A stretch of DNA of 64,000 bases from Bacteroidota bacterium (GCA_035390885.1 DAOOUW010000003.1:1432-65431), one strand, 5' to 3'. Numbered from the stretch's first letter, positions 38,901-47,280 are shown. Numbers and translations: made by a program. The notes: generated by a model not told the origin, from the letters alone.

Positions 38901-40653
38901 GACTTGAAAGTTCAGAGCCATCGCTTACTTTCCAAAAATATTTCAGTACTGGATTATCGGGGTCGAATGATGTCTTTGCAGAAAGGATAATTTCATCGCC
39001 AGGCGCAACCTTCGATGGCAATGTGAATGCCGGATGAGGTTCTGCATTTACCCTGTACCGAAATGAAGTAGCGTACGATCCGTTTGTAGCGCCTGTGCCA
39101 TCTGAAAGTGTTGCTGTGAGGATGTACACACCGGGCTCTTCCTGTAACACCTGCACTGCTTCTTCCGTATGCGAGCCAATAATACCAATTCCATCCCAAC
39201 GAATCGTTAGAGAATCACCATCTGGATCATAAGCGCCATGGAGCGAGAAGAAAGCTGAAGTAGCGCGAGCAATAACGGAACTACCCTGTATCTCTCCATA
39301 CGGTTGACTATTAACACGAATCATCTTCAACGCAGTTCCACTATTGCAGAGTGAATTCGTTGAACCATCGTAGACAACGAGCTTTACTTCATACTTTCCT
39401 GGTGAACCACTGAAGAAGCGAAGAAATGGCTGATTCCCTCTGTACTCGCCATTGACAAACCATTCATATTTCAGCGGCTGCTGTTCTGGATCGAATGATT
39501 GAGTTGCAGAAAAAGTTACAACTTCATTCGGCGAAACAATTTCTTTCGCAACAGAAATTTTAGCGACAGGAGGCTCATTGAGGTGAATAGAAAAATCGTG
39601 CACCCAATATTTTGGAAAATATAATCCTCGCGTTGGAAGGATAACCGTAGCAGCGTAAGTTCCCGCCTTCGGAAATTCAACGACGATAGAATCCCCTTCA
39701 TAACGTTCGACTCCGACAGTCCATTTGGGATTGCCTTCTCCCAGCAGCTTTCGCGTCTGTTCATTGAGTCGAATTTTCATTCGAAGACAACTTGTATCGG
39801 GAACTTGCTCTATTGTAATTTTAGGTTTGGTCGGAATATGGACAACAATTGGATTGATGTTCCAGAGAATCGGATCGCTGCTTTGCGTTGTTATGACAAG
39901 ATTATTAACTCTGATTGCAGAACCTGCAATTCCTATTCCCCATTCGTTCTCTTCTCTCTGGTCAAACTGAAAATTTTTATCAACAGGAAGATGTGAAAAT
40001 TTGCCATAGCTATCTCTTACTACCACTTGAGAACCTTCTGCGCCTTTTACAACCAACTGTAAAGGCGCCGTCATATCTCTGGTTGCAGGACAAAATTGAG
40101 CTTCCTCATACGCGGAAAGACCATTGATACACACGGGAAGATTTTTTGCATAGAGCTTCCACGATTCGTTTCCACTGAGAGACTCAACGCGAATTTTAAA
40201 TGCGTTGACGCCATCTCCATCGCCGCCGATTGTTCGAAGAAGCCATGCTTTACATTTATTGTTGACTGTCAGCGTATCGAGCGGAATCCAGCGTTGAAGA
40301 TATTTGCTTTCGCTTTCCGTCGTCACGCTCTTCCGAAGTTCCAGAGAACCGTCGGAAGTTTGTGCAAAAAGTTGAAATGTTGTCGAAGTGTTGATGTATC
40401 CTCTGACATCGGCATTTCCACCAATAGCGGCGTCAAATATTTCCAGAATTCCTTCTCCTCCATTGTCAGGCGCTTCGATAAGAAAATCGTATTGATGAAT
40501 TTCATCGCCAGTCTGTTGTACAACTGCCTTCTTCCCGGCAACAAACAGGTAAACATCCTGTCCAAAGAGCAGCATTGGAAATAGCGACAGGATCAAAAGT
40601 ATAACTGAACGAACCACAAAATTTGAAATCTTGATTTTATGCATTTTCATCAT
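35950..40653 (-). CDS. 1567-aa exported protein with about 12 PKD-like repeats and a unique N-terminal domain
   Basis: Start at ATG 40653, preceded by GGGAGGTAAA. Signal/anchor ISNFVVRSVILLILSLFPMLLFGQ. Twelve recurring PKD signatures include YRWNFGDDS..GTYTVTLTVNDG, THWDFGDNA and FTWDFGDGT. The TAG stop lies 2 nt before the ECF sigma ATG. Confidence 0.8.
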   Translation of the reverse strand: MMKMHKIKISNFVVRSVILLILSLFPMLLFGQDVYLFVAGKKAVVQQTGDEIHQYDFLIEAPDNGGEGILEIFDAAIGGNADVRGYINTSTTFQLFAQTSDGSLELRKSVTTESESKYLQRWIPLDTLTVNNKCKAWLLRTIGGDGDGVNAFKIRVESLSGNESWKLYAKNLPVCINGLSAYEEAQFCPATRDMTAPLQLVVKGAEGSQVVVRDSYGKFSHLPVDKNFQFDQREENEWGIGIAGSAIRVNNLVITTQSSDPILWNINPIVVHIPTKPKITIEQVPDTSCLRMKIRLNEQTRKLLGEGNPKWTVGVERYEGDSIVVEFPKAGTYAATVILPTRGLYFPKYWVHDFSIHLNEPPVAKISVAKEIVSPNEVVTFSATQSFDPEQQPLKYEWFVNGEYRGNQPFLRFFSGSPGKYEVKLVVYDGSTNSLCNSGTALKMIRVNSQPYGEIQGSSVIARATSAFFSLHGAYDPDGDSLTIRWDGIGIIGSHTEEAVQVLQEEPGVYILTATLSDGTGATNGSYATSFRYRVNAEPHPAFTLPSKVAPGDEIILSAKTSFDPDNPVLKYFWKVSDGSELSSPVASLSFEEPGTYSVSLIVDDGEGVENSVQTLTKTIKVNAPPVPVIIAPEKSNSSLIHFSAEKSWDADQDQLTYRWNFGDDSTAVGKTVSHLYQRSGTYTVTLTVNDGNNLSNSSQFVRHTITINKNPKANFDVPPLWEPQVPLFVDGSQSVDSDGSIVLYQWFINGKEISNESKTSLEFPEPGDYTVTLQVKDNSQFDDAIGVKTAMVHVNFPPNVRYTFSPSVPEPNEIVTFDARGSNDPEGKPVMVTWKFPDDSTFHGSFVRKRFSTSGTKYVQIIVDDGTKLKNGVVVEEIPVLVNNPPMLVTKQTIRSNERRIFLDASQSYDIDGQPLTFDWVLPDGTHRNEASFWWQAPSAGTHVLTVGVNDGQNKTNSIVRQTIRVNINRPPVAIVDSSISTCVGQVALFNSSKCYDPDNDAITTHWDFGDNAFSDETNPAHTYTEPGIYLVKLMLSDGIVEHPPVVTIPVFVETSPHAIQSFSDTTVCANVPLTFDGSQSVAPKSSIGLFTWDFGDGTSAFGKTVSHVYTKGGAYTATLTVLANGSGNCTRVHQATSVVHVVEGPIAAFSIPSNVNINEIVELDGTPSTYQGAIRSVRWLIDGQDTVFMREGMETQIQFSRPGVYSIQLELEIESSSPCSAATAQQQLQVNIPPRCEWSIPSDIALGDALVLDASRCSDSDGSIVKYEWQLDGIYYSSNSVAACVLPTAGTHTISLTIQDNSGTSSGIVEETKSLYVNAKPDVTFDISNSFYEGEEYELQPASFVDSDGDTLSFIWKMNDEALSSTRGVWNKQGTVRVTLVADDKRGLRNSIDSVSRIVQILPVQRLEEIDVPVNWIVGSEIKIQEVTAIPNVGFIKDAVLVSEIIVEKGSQTFTLGWSPKGKILKERNIEVVGWEPLAFIEEPQVMKRQWNPSNPAIVLTAPKLNRPADQPIKIEWFSGQMIIGYGNFLEVPLRRGNNVFRVRANDQNVKNSLPCETNVVILCE

Positions 40654-40865
40654 TTTACCTCCCACGAATGTGAACCAAAGTTCATCCGATCTTTGATTGA
40701 TTCGAATTTTATAGTAACCGTGTCTCCAAATATCAGAATAAACGAATGCCCGGTGAAATCGCTCATTTCTGCGCTTTCTTCTCGACATCGAGTGCGCGGA
40801 AAACTTGCTCCGATACCTGAGCATTCACTCTGAGCGCTACACAGCACAACATTGCAAAAAGAATC

Positions 40866-42968
40866 TTACTCATTTTTCGCATTATCGTGATCGCTTTCCA
40901 CTGGAAGTGAAATAGTAAATTTACATCCTATCTCTGAATTCGATTCGAGAGAAATTGTACCGCCGTGGTAAGTAACAATTTCTTTGACATAGGCGAGTCC
41001 CAATCCTGTTCCAACTTCTTCCGTTCCTTTTTTGTTCGATCGTACACGATAGAATTTTGTAAATAATTTTTCTTGAGCTTCCAGAGGAATGCCGTATCCA
41101 TGATCTGTAATAGAAAAAATAATCGCTCCATTCTCAAAGGAAAGCTGAACTAGGATTGAACGATTTTGATCGCCGTACTTAATTGCATTCGTAACCAAAT
41201 TCATCACCGCCTCACGAATAAGATCAGGGACAACTGTAGCATACGGAATCGCACCGCGAATTTCAACTTCCACCGTAAGATTTTTCCCCCGTAACTGCGG
41301 CTCCAGCATTTCAATGACACTCTGCACCAATGCAACAATATCTGTTGGCGCTTTAGGATATTCAACGCTTCTCGATTCCAATCGCGAAATATCCAGAAAC
41401 CGATTGATAAGCGCAAGGAGATGATTTCCGCCTTGAAGAATATATTGCAGAAATTCTCTTCGTTCTTCAGGCGTAACATCTTCATCGTGGGAAAGTAGTT
41501 CGGCAAATCCCACAATGCTCCCCACTGGACTTCTCATCTCGTGCACAATGACATTCATCATTTCAGACTTCATCTTATCGATAATTCGATCGTTTGTCAG
41601 GTCGTGGAGAATAAGCAACGAACCAAGCGGGTGAGCGTCTCTCGATATTATGCTATCGTTGAGACGATAGTAGTGCACTTCATCATTTGGGAGATGTATT
41701 TTCAACTCTACCTGCCTGCTCTCAATAACATTCCTATCTTGAATATCTTCTTCTACAGATTCCTTTGACTTTGAAATTTCGGGTCGCGAGAGAAATTCCT
41801 CTTTGGATACTATTTCTCCTTCTGGCATCAGCGTCGTACATAATTCATCAAAACGAGCATTACGGAAAACAAATTTCCCTTCCGCATCGGTCAATCCAAT
41901 CAGATCATCGCTGTGCATCATAAAAAGTTTGTTCTTCCACTCTTCAACAATGATCCGCTCGACATTGAGTTGTTGATACCGTTGTAAGGACTGGCGCATG
42001 AGTTCTATTGTTTCTGCCATTCGCTGTAAATTCTTCATCCCAACTTCACGTATTGGCTGAGAGAAATCCAATGAACCAAGCTTCTCAACATCTTCTGCAA
42101 GGCGTATAATTGGCTTACTAATTTGATAGGAGAGAATCCAACCAGCAATAAGGAGAATAACAAAGAGAGAGAGAACGAATACTGATGAGTGCAGGAGTAG
42201 TTCTCGCACAGGCGCACGCACTTCGGATTCTGGCACTACAACTATAAATTTCAACGGAACGGTTCGGAACATCGATGCCATTCCATACCATTTCTGCTTC
42301 CCGATCTTGACTTTCTGTAACGAATTGACATGGGTTTCACCTGAACAAAAATATTTCATCATTGCCGTATCGCACGATGCGTAGAGAAGACAAGAATCGG
42401 ATGCAAGCATAACTCTGTACTCTTCCCCTAAAGGAAGACGCTGGAGAACAGAATGAAAATCTGGCGCATGCCACCATATCGCAGTATAGAAAGTTGTGCC
42501 CGCAAGATAACTCTTCGAGCGCGTAACAACAACCGAACTCTGGGGAATCCATCCAACGCTCACTAAAGAATCCGACGACGGCAGTAAGAAGTTGTCGACA
42601 GAATCAGGAATCGTTAAAGAGTACTGAGTATTTTGACTTTCGAGTTTGTCCGGCAAATCTTGAGAGTAGATACGAATGCGAATTATTTCCGGATGCAAAA
42701 GCATTGTATGGTAAATAAATTGCTCGCCATCTTTTGGTTGTTCTTGAAGATGGAGAGAAATACCGCGTGTCGCTTGAATCCACATCGCTATTTGTTTCTC
42801 GAGCGTTTCAACTGTATAGGCTTCGACCTGCTGGATAATTGTGATGCGCTCGGAAAGAACACGGCGTTCATAAATAGGACGCACAACAAACCATAGAACC
42901 AGGAGACTTAATACCGCAATAGCGACGCTTCCAATAAATATTCTGTTCTGTAATGATAATTTTTTCAT
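40866..42968 (-). CDS. Sensor histidine kinase (TM, extracytoplasmic domain, TM, HAMP, PAS-like, HisKA/HATPase)
   Basis: H-box VHEMRSPVGSIVGFAELL, N-box NLVTNAIKYG, G1 DHGYGIP, G2 GTGLGLA. Two hydrophobic segments bracket a ~240-aa region. Confidence 0.9.
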   Translation of the reverse strand: MKKLSLQNRIFIGSVAIAVLSLLVLWFVVRPIYERRVLSERITIIQQVEAYTVETLEKQIAMWIQATRGISLHLQEQPKDGEQFIYHTMLLHPEIIRIRIYSQDLPDKLESQNTQYSLTIPDSVDNFLLPSSDSLVSVGWIPQSSVVVTRSKSYLAGTTFYTAIWWHAPDFHSVLQRLPLGEEYRVMLASDSCLLYASCDTAMMKYFCSGETHVNSLQKVKIGKQKWYGMASMFRTVPLKFIVVVPESEVRAPVRELLLHSSVFVLSLFVILLIAGWILSYQISKPIIRLAEDVEKLGSLDFSQPIREVGMKNLQRMAETIELMRQSLQRYQQLNVERIIVEEWKNKLFMMHSDDLIGLTDAEGKFVFRNARFDELCTTLMPEGEIVSKEEFLSRPEISKSKESVEEDIQDRNVIESRQVELKIHLPNDEVHYYRLNDSIISRDAHPLGSLLILHDLTNDRIIDKMKSEMMNVIVHEMRSPVGSIVGFAELLSHDEDVTPEERREFLQYILQGGNHLLALINRFLDISRLESRSVEYPKAPTDIVALVQSVIEMLEPQLRGKNLTVEVEIRGAIPYATVVPDLIREAVMNLVTNAIKYGDQNRSILVQLSFENGAIIFSITDHGYGIPLEAQEKLFTKFYRVRSNKKGTEEVGTGLGLAYVKEIVTYHGGTISLESNSEIGCKFTISLPVESDHDNAKNE

Positions 42969-43116
42969 TTCATCTTTTCCAAGAATCGAATAACTTCAGT
43001 GGAATATGGAGATAAAATTTGAAAAGATAAACTCACCTTTCTGAAATTTTAATCTTTCCCAAACTTGTAATAGGCGCTTGAATGAGATTTTGAGATAAGT
43101 TTTGGTAGCTCTGAAT

Positions 43117-43364
43117 CCAAAAATTACGCATTAGAAATTTGCAAAGATGGTTGCTTCAATTATGCTTTACGGCACATCAGCAACCAATTTCTGGACGGTG
43201 GCTGAGTAGAACAGCAGTCCGTATCGAAGCCACCGCGAAACATTCTGCAACTCACAGGTTCACCCGTGGATGAAAAACAAAGTTGCCTGTTGCCTCGATA
43301 CGCTCTTCGAGCTACTCGGCGACCAAATTCTCGACGGTGGGTAACAGTACTTATCGAAGGCAGC
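43117..43364 (+). repeat. Tandem double copy of the intergenic repeat (left-flank module, core 1 at 43149-43234, linker module, core 2 at 43282-43364)
   Basis: CCAAAAATTACGCATTAGAAATTTGCAAAGA is followed by GGTTGCTTCAAT...GACGGTGGCTGAGTAGA...CGTATCGAAGCCACC. Then comes CTGCAACTCACAGGTTCACCCGTGGATGAAAAACAAAG, then GTTGCCTCGATACGCTCTTCGAGCTACTCGGCGACC...CTTATCGAAGGCAGC. Confidence 0.85.
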
Positions 43365-43427
43365 GTGCTCTATTTAATAGAAGGAAGCAGAAAAAGCAAG
43401 AATAGAATCCCTTCGCTGAAAATTGGC

Positions 43428-44393
43428 TTAACGCTTCATTTGTATTTCATTCCAGATTAGTGCGGCTGAGCCAAGGATTGCGGCAGAGCCACGAGGCAAT
43501 CCTGAATGAAGCAACTTAACTTTATTCCTAAAAATTGGAAACAGGAAATGTTCGAGCCACCGTCGCGTTGGGGCAAAAATCCATTCACCTGCTTCCGCAA
43601 CTCCGCCAAAGAGAATAATCGCTTCCGGACTTGTATGAGCAACACTATCCGCAAGTTTCATCCCAAGAATTTTTCCAGTAAACTCAAATGCTTCTCTTGC
43701 CAACTCATCGCCGGCTTCTGCCGCCTCGAACACTTTTTTTGACGTAAGTTCTTCAATTGGAATAGAACGTATCACACTCGGTGTTGAACGAAGCTGTTTC
43801 AACTCCTCCACAGTGCGACAAATGCCGCCTGCAGAAGCGTATGTTTCAAGACATCCTTGCCTGCCGCAACCGCAGAGACGCCCATTTGGATCAACGATGG
43901 TATGACCGATTTCTCCTGCAAATCCGTCGTGACCATAGACCAAAGTGCCATCAACGACGATTCCACTTCCAAGTCCTGTGCCCAGAGTTATTTCGATAAA
44001 ATGCTTCATTCCTTTTGCAGCGCCAAATTGCATTTCGCCTAACGCTGCTGCATTGGCGTCGTTTGTGATTGCAATTGGAATGTCGTACCACTGTCGTAAC
44101 AATTGAACTACATTGACATATCCCCAGCTTAAGTTTGGCGGATGCTCGATAGTACCCTTGAAGTAATTTCCATTTGGAGATCCAATTCCAATACCAACTA
44201 ATTCCAAATCTTTTGGCAATTCATGGTGGAGTTTCTCTGCTTCCGAATTAAGCCTATTGAAGAATTCATCCGCAGGATTGTGAGCATTTGTTGCAATTGA
44301 GGTATGAGCCAGAATGTTTCCCTCATTGTCCACAAAACCAAGTTTTGTATTGGTTCCGCCAATATCAACTCCAAGTACGATTCTTTTTCCCAT
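43428..44393 (-). CDS. ROK-family glucokinase
   Basis: LGVDIGGTNTKLGFV is the ATP-binding motif. CGCGRQGCLETYAS is the ROK zinc motif. Confidence 0.88.
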   Translation of the reverse strand: MGKRIVLGVDIGGTNTKLGFVDNEGNILAHTSIATNAHNPADEFFNRLNSEAEKLHHELPKDLELVGIGIGSPNGNYFKGTIEHPPNLSWGYVNVVQLLRQWYDIPIAITNDANAAALGEMQFGAAKGMKHFIEITLGTGLGSGIVVDGTLVYGHDGFAGEIGHTIVDPNGRLCGCGRQGCLETYASAGGICRTVEELKQLRSTPSVIRSIPIEELTSKKVFEAAEAGDELAREAFEFTGKILGMKLADSVAHTSPEAIILFGGVAEAGEWIFAPTRRWLEHFLFPIFRNKVKLLHSGLPRGSAAILGSAALIWNEIQMKR

Positions 44394-44480
44394 ATTCCAC
44401 TTTTATAAAAATAAGCTTCAACACGTAAATTATTTATGAATGTAATAAATAGGTACAGAGAATACAACTACATTTGTTCA

Positions 44481-44640
44481 AACCAGATTATGCATTAGAA
44501 ACTTGCAAAGATTATTGCCTCGATAAACCATAAACCTTACAGTATCTCAGCAACCGATTCCCTGACGGTGGCTGAGGTTCTCGGAGCCACCATTTTGGTT
44601 CTCCCTTCTTTCGCCTGTTTTATTATTTTACTTCACCTTA
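44481..44640 (+). repeat. Intergenic repeat copy (left flank, core with internal deletion, right AT-rich flank)
   Basis: AACCAGATTATGCATTAGAAACTTGCAAAGA, then TTGCCTCGATAA...CTCAGCAACCGATTCCCTGACGGTGGCTGAGGTTCTCGGAGCCACC, then ATTTTGGTTCTCCCTTCTTTCGCCTGTTTTATTATTTTACTTCACCTTA. Confidence 0.85.
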
Positions 44641-44801
44641 AACTTTACCGCTACCTTTATTGCATAAGCTGCGTTCAACAGGTTCTTGCCATTGCAGATG
44701 TTCAGATGAGAAAATATTGCAGCAGAATATCCAAGAAAGCCTATTGTTATTTATCAAACGAGCATCCGATAGATACGATTTCAATGCCGAGTTTTCTATT
44801 G

Positions 44802-45680
44802 CTACAAACCATTCCAACCCGCTAAGCGCGCCCACAGCCACCATGCAGCGTAAGCTTTCTGATTTGCATTGAGTGATTGACTATGAGCCGCAGAACATTC
44901 GTACCATTCCACGTTTTTTGTATGAGAGTTTTGCCAGTCAATAGCCCAATTTTTATCCAGCGTGCCGTTTCCGTCGCTATCATAATCGCAATTATCATTT
45001 GCATCTAATTTCATATAGTTTACTTTCGCATCTGGATCGTAACTTTCAATGTCGGCAAAATCGTACAATATTTTATTATTCGTTTTACAGTATAAACGAA
45101 TTTGCTCATTCCGTTGATTGACATTCCCTTGTTCGCCAGTGCCATTCAAGTGCCCAGTCATATAAACAAATTTGACTTGTGGGTAATCGCGTTCCAGTTG
45201 AGACATTAGAGTAAGATATGCCTGAATTTCTTCTTCAGTACCATCAACTTGTCCACACCAGGACCAAATGATAACATTGATTTCAGAATGTTTATTGAGA
45301 TAGGTCCGAGTAGCAGTCGCCCATGCACTGCGATCGGGATTCCCTAAATCGGATGCTCCTGAAAATGGTTGATCCTTCAAATAGAGCGCTCCATTTGCAC
45401 CCGTTGAGTTGAAAGCATACTTATCGCCTTTGAACGATACTAATCCTTCCATCCCGGTAATGAGCTGACTTCCATGGGATGTGTGTCCATAAGCAATTTT
45501 GAGTTGTGAACGTGCGCTGTCGATCCACTTTGAAGGAATGTTCGATAATTTTGTACAGGAGTGATCGATCGTCATAGGAATAGCAACTTGAGAATTTGGC
45601 TCCACTGATGAATCGCAATTCCACAACAAACAGGCAAGAAGCAAAAAAGCAATCGCGTTGTAACATGCACCTTTGTTCAT
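44802..45680 (-). CDS. Hypothetical lipoprotein
   Basis: Start at ATG 45680, preceded by AGGAGG. Lipobox-like LLACLLWNC. No confident family assignment. Confidence 0.6.
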   Translation of the reverse strand: MNKGACYNAIAFLLLACLLWNCDSSVEPNSQVAIPMTIDHSCTKLSNIPSKWIDSARSQLKIAYGHTSHGSQLITGMEGLVSFKGDKYAFNSTGANGALYLKDQPFSGASDLGNPDRSAWATATRTYLNKHSEINVIIWSWCGQVDGTEEEIQAYLTLMSQLERDYPQVKFVYMTGHLNGTGEQGNVNQRNEQIRLYCKTNNKILYDFADIESYDPDAKVNYMKLDANDNCDYDSDGNGTLDKNWAIDWQNSHTKNVEWYECSAAHSQSLNANQKAYAAWWLWARLAGWNGL

Positions 45681-45849
45681 TTTTCTTTCCTCCTTTGAAT
45701 CCATTATCTACAAAGATAAGCACATAAATTGTACGCTGGCTCACAATTGGGAAATTCTTCTTCCTGAAGTCAAAAATATTATAGGTGATTCAATCGTCAG
45801 AATCGTTGTATAGTATAAATGATGACGACATAAAATAAGGAGGGTAGCA

Positions 45850-47241
45850 ATGAAGAAGATTATCATTTTATTGACAATTGGATCCCTTTTCTGGGGTTGT
45901 GAAGACACAATCGTCGAGTACAAATATGATGGCGAACAAATTTTTCATAATGATTTGCTCCATGGTGATCTCATTGGAAGGGTGTTACAGAAAGAAAGTG
46001 GAGCAATTGTCATTGTATCTCAAGTTACGCCGGTGGACTCTGTTTTGATTAATCCAGTTGATGGTTCTTTTGCTTTTCGGGATTTACGGGCTGGAAATTA
46101 TAATCTTACAATTAAATCGGATAACTTCCGTTACTATGTCAAAGAAAATATTGTCGTTGCAGGCGGCTCAATCCAGTATATTGGCGAAATCGATCTTTCT
46201 AAAATTCCAGATCTTATTTCGAGTTACTATCCCGAAGATAAAGCGGAGATCGTATACGATTGGCGTTATGGCCGTATTACTGTTTCGATGTCATTTACTC
46301 AACCAATGGATCGTGAGAGTGTTGAGAAAGCATTTTCGATTGAGCCGTCAGCCGAGGGATTATTCGTTTGGGGGCAATATACATGGCAACCGTATACAGG
46401 GCTCTATACTAGAGGAATTGCCGAGCAAGCTTATCGTCCAGAAACAGGTGCAACAATAACGACCTATAGTAAAGTAACATCATTTACGTATGTGCTGGCG
46501 AAAAAAGACTGCTATCCTGACACCACTTATACAGTAACACTTACAACAGAGGCAAAAGATACGGCAGGAAACCATCTGAGATTTCCTTTAGTATTTCGAT
46601 TTAAGACAGTACAATCCTATACAACGATCTATGGAATTCAATCAGAGCCAATGCTTGGCGATGCTGATGTTTCTCCAATTTCGTACTCTGGAATTCGAAT
46701 AACATTTCCACGTCGTATGGAGCCGATTTCCACGGAAGCGGCGACTCGTATAATACCTTCGATGAATACAATGTTCTTGTGGCCAGAGGAAAATGTTATG
46801 GTGATTTATCCAGGAGGTCCATTCTTAAGTGATACAACAATTACAGTCAGTATCGGAGGAGAAGCGCTCGATAAAGACGGTATACCATTAGGAAAAGATT
46901 ACACAACGTGGTTCCGGACTGCGCCCTTTTCACTTCAATCCGTCAGTCCAGGCAATGGTCAATTGTTTGTGTCGCCAACTACTAACATCTATCTTACATT
47001 TAACAGCTTTGTGAAGATTGGTAATGCACAAAATGCAATTCAAATTATGCCTCCAGTCCAGGGATCGTTCTCGTATAGAGGAGATTCATACTATGAAAAT
47101 CCACAGACAATCATTTTTACACCATCTTCGAGCTTTGCTCCGAATACAAAATATACTATCACTGTTACTACTGCACTACGAGATTTATATGATTCGCCTT
47201 TGAAGCAATCGTATACTTTTTCGTTTGTAACTCGACCTTAA
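45850..47241 (+). CDS. Lipoprotein with carboxypeptidase-regulatory-like and Ig-like (SbsA/Big_5-like) domains
   Basis: AAGGAGG Shine-Dalgarno. Lipobox LFWGCED. VDGSFAFRDLRAGNYNLTI resembles a CarboxypepD_reg fold. Repeated blocks of the type SPxDGxxxVSPxxxIxLTFN. Confidence 0.6.
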   Translation: MKKIIILLTIGSLFWGCEDTIVEYKYDGEQIFHNDLLHGDLIGRVLQKESGAIVIVSQVTPVDSVLINPVDGSFAFRDLRAGNYNLTIKSDNFRYYVKENIVVAGGSIQYIGEIDLSKIPDLISSYYPEDKAEIVYDWRYGRITVSMSFTQPMDRESVEKAFSIEPSAEGLFVWGQYTWQPYTGLYTRGIAEQAYRPETGATITTYSKVTSFTYVLAKKDCYPDTTYTVTLTTEAKDTAGNHLRFPLVFRFKTVQSYTTIYGIQSEPMLGDADVSPISYSGIRITFPRRMEPISTEAATRIIPSMNTMFLWPEENVMVIYPGGPFLSDTTITVSIGGEALDKDGIPLGKDYTTWFRTAPFSLQSVSPGNGQLFVSPTTNIYLTFNSFVKIGNAQNAIQIMPPVQGSFSYRGDSYYENPQTIIFTPSSSFAPNTKYTITVTTALRDLYDSPLKQSYTFSFVTRP

Positions 47242-47247
47242 GTTCTA

Positions 47248-47280
47248 AGCCGCGCCTGTCAATGATGCACAGGCGCGGCT
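47248..47280 (+). terminator. GC-rich perfect 12-bp hairpin (terminator or attenuator candidate)
   Basis: AGCCGCGCCTGT (47248-47259), loop CAATGATGC, ACAGGCGCGGCT (47269-47280). It lies 7 nt after the stop at 47241. There is no clean T-run downstream. Confidence 0.5.

Noticed and set aside
40096-40584. 162-aa plus-strand ORF inside the PKD-repeat gene
   Set aside because: It is antisense to a 1567-aa ORF with repeated PKD signatures, and it shows no independent coding evidence.
43266-43460. 64-aa ORF within the tandem repeat block
   Set aside because: It is made entirely of repeat sequence and extends into the 3' end of the ROK gene on the opposite strand. It is an artefact of the stop-free palindromic core.
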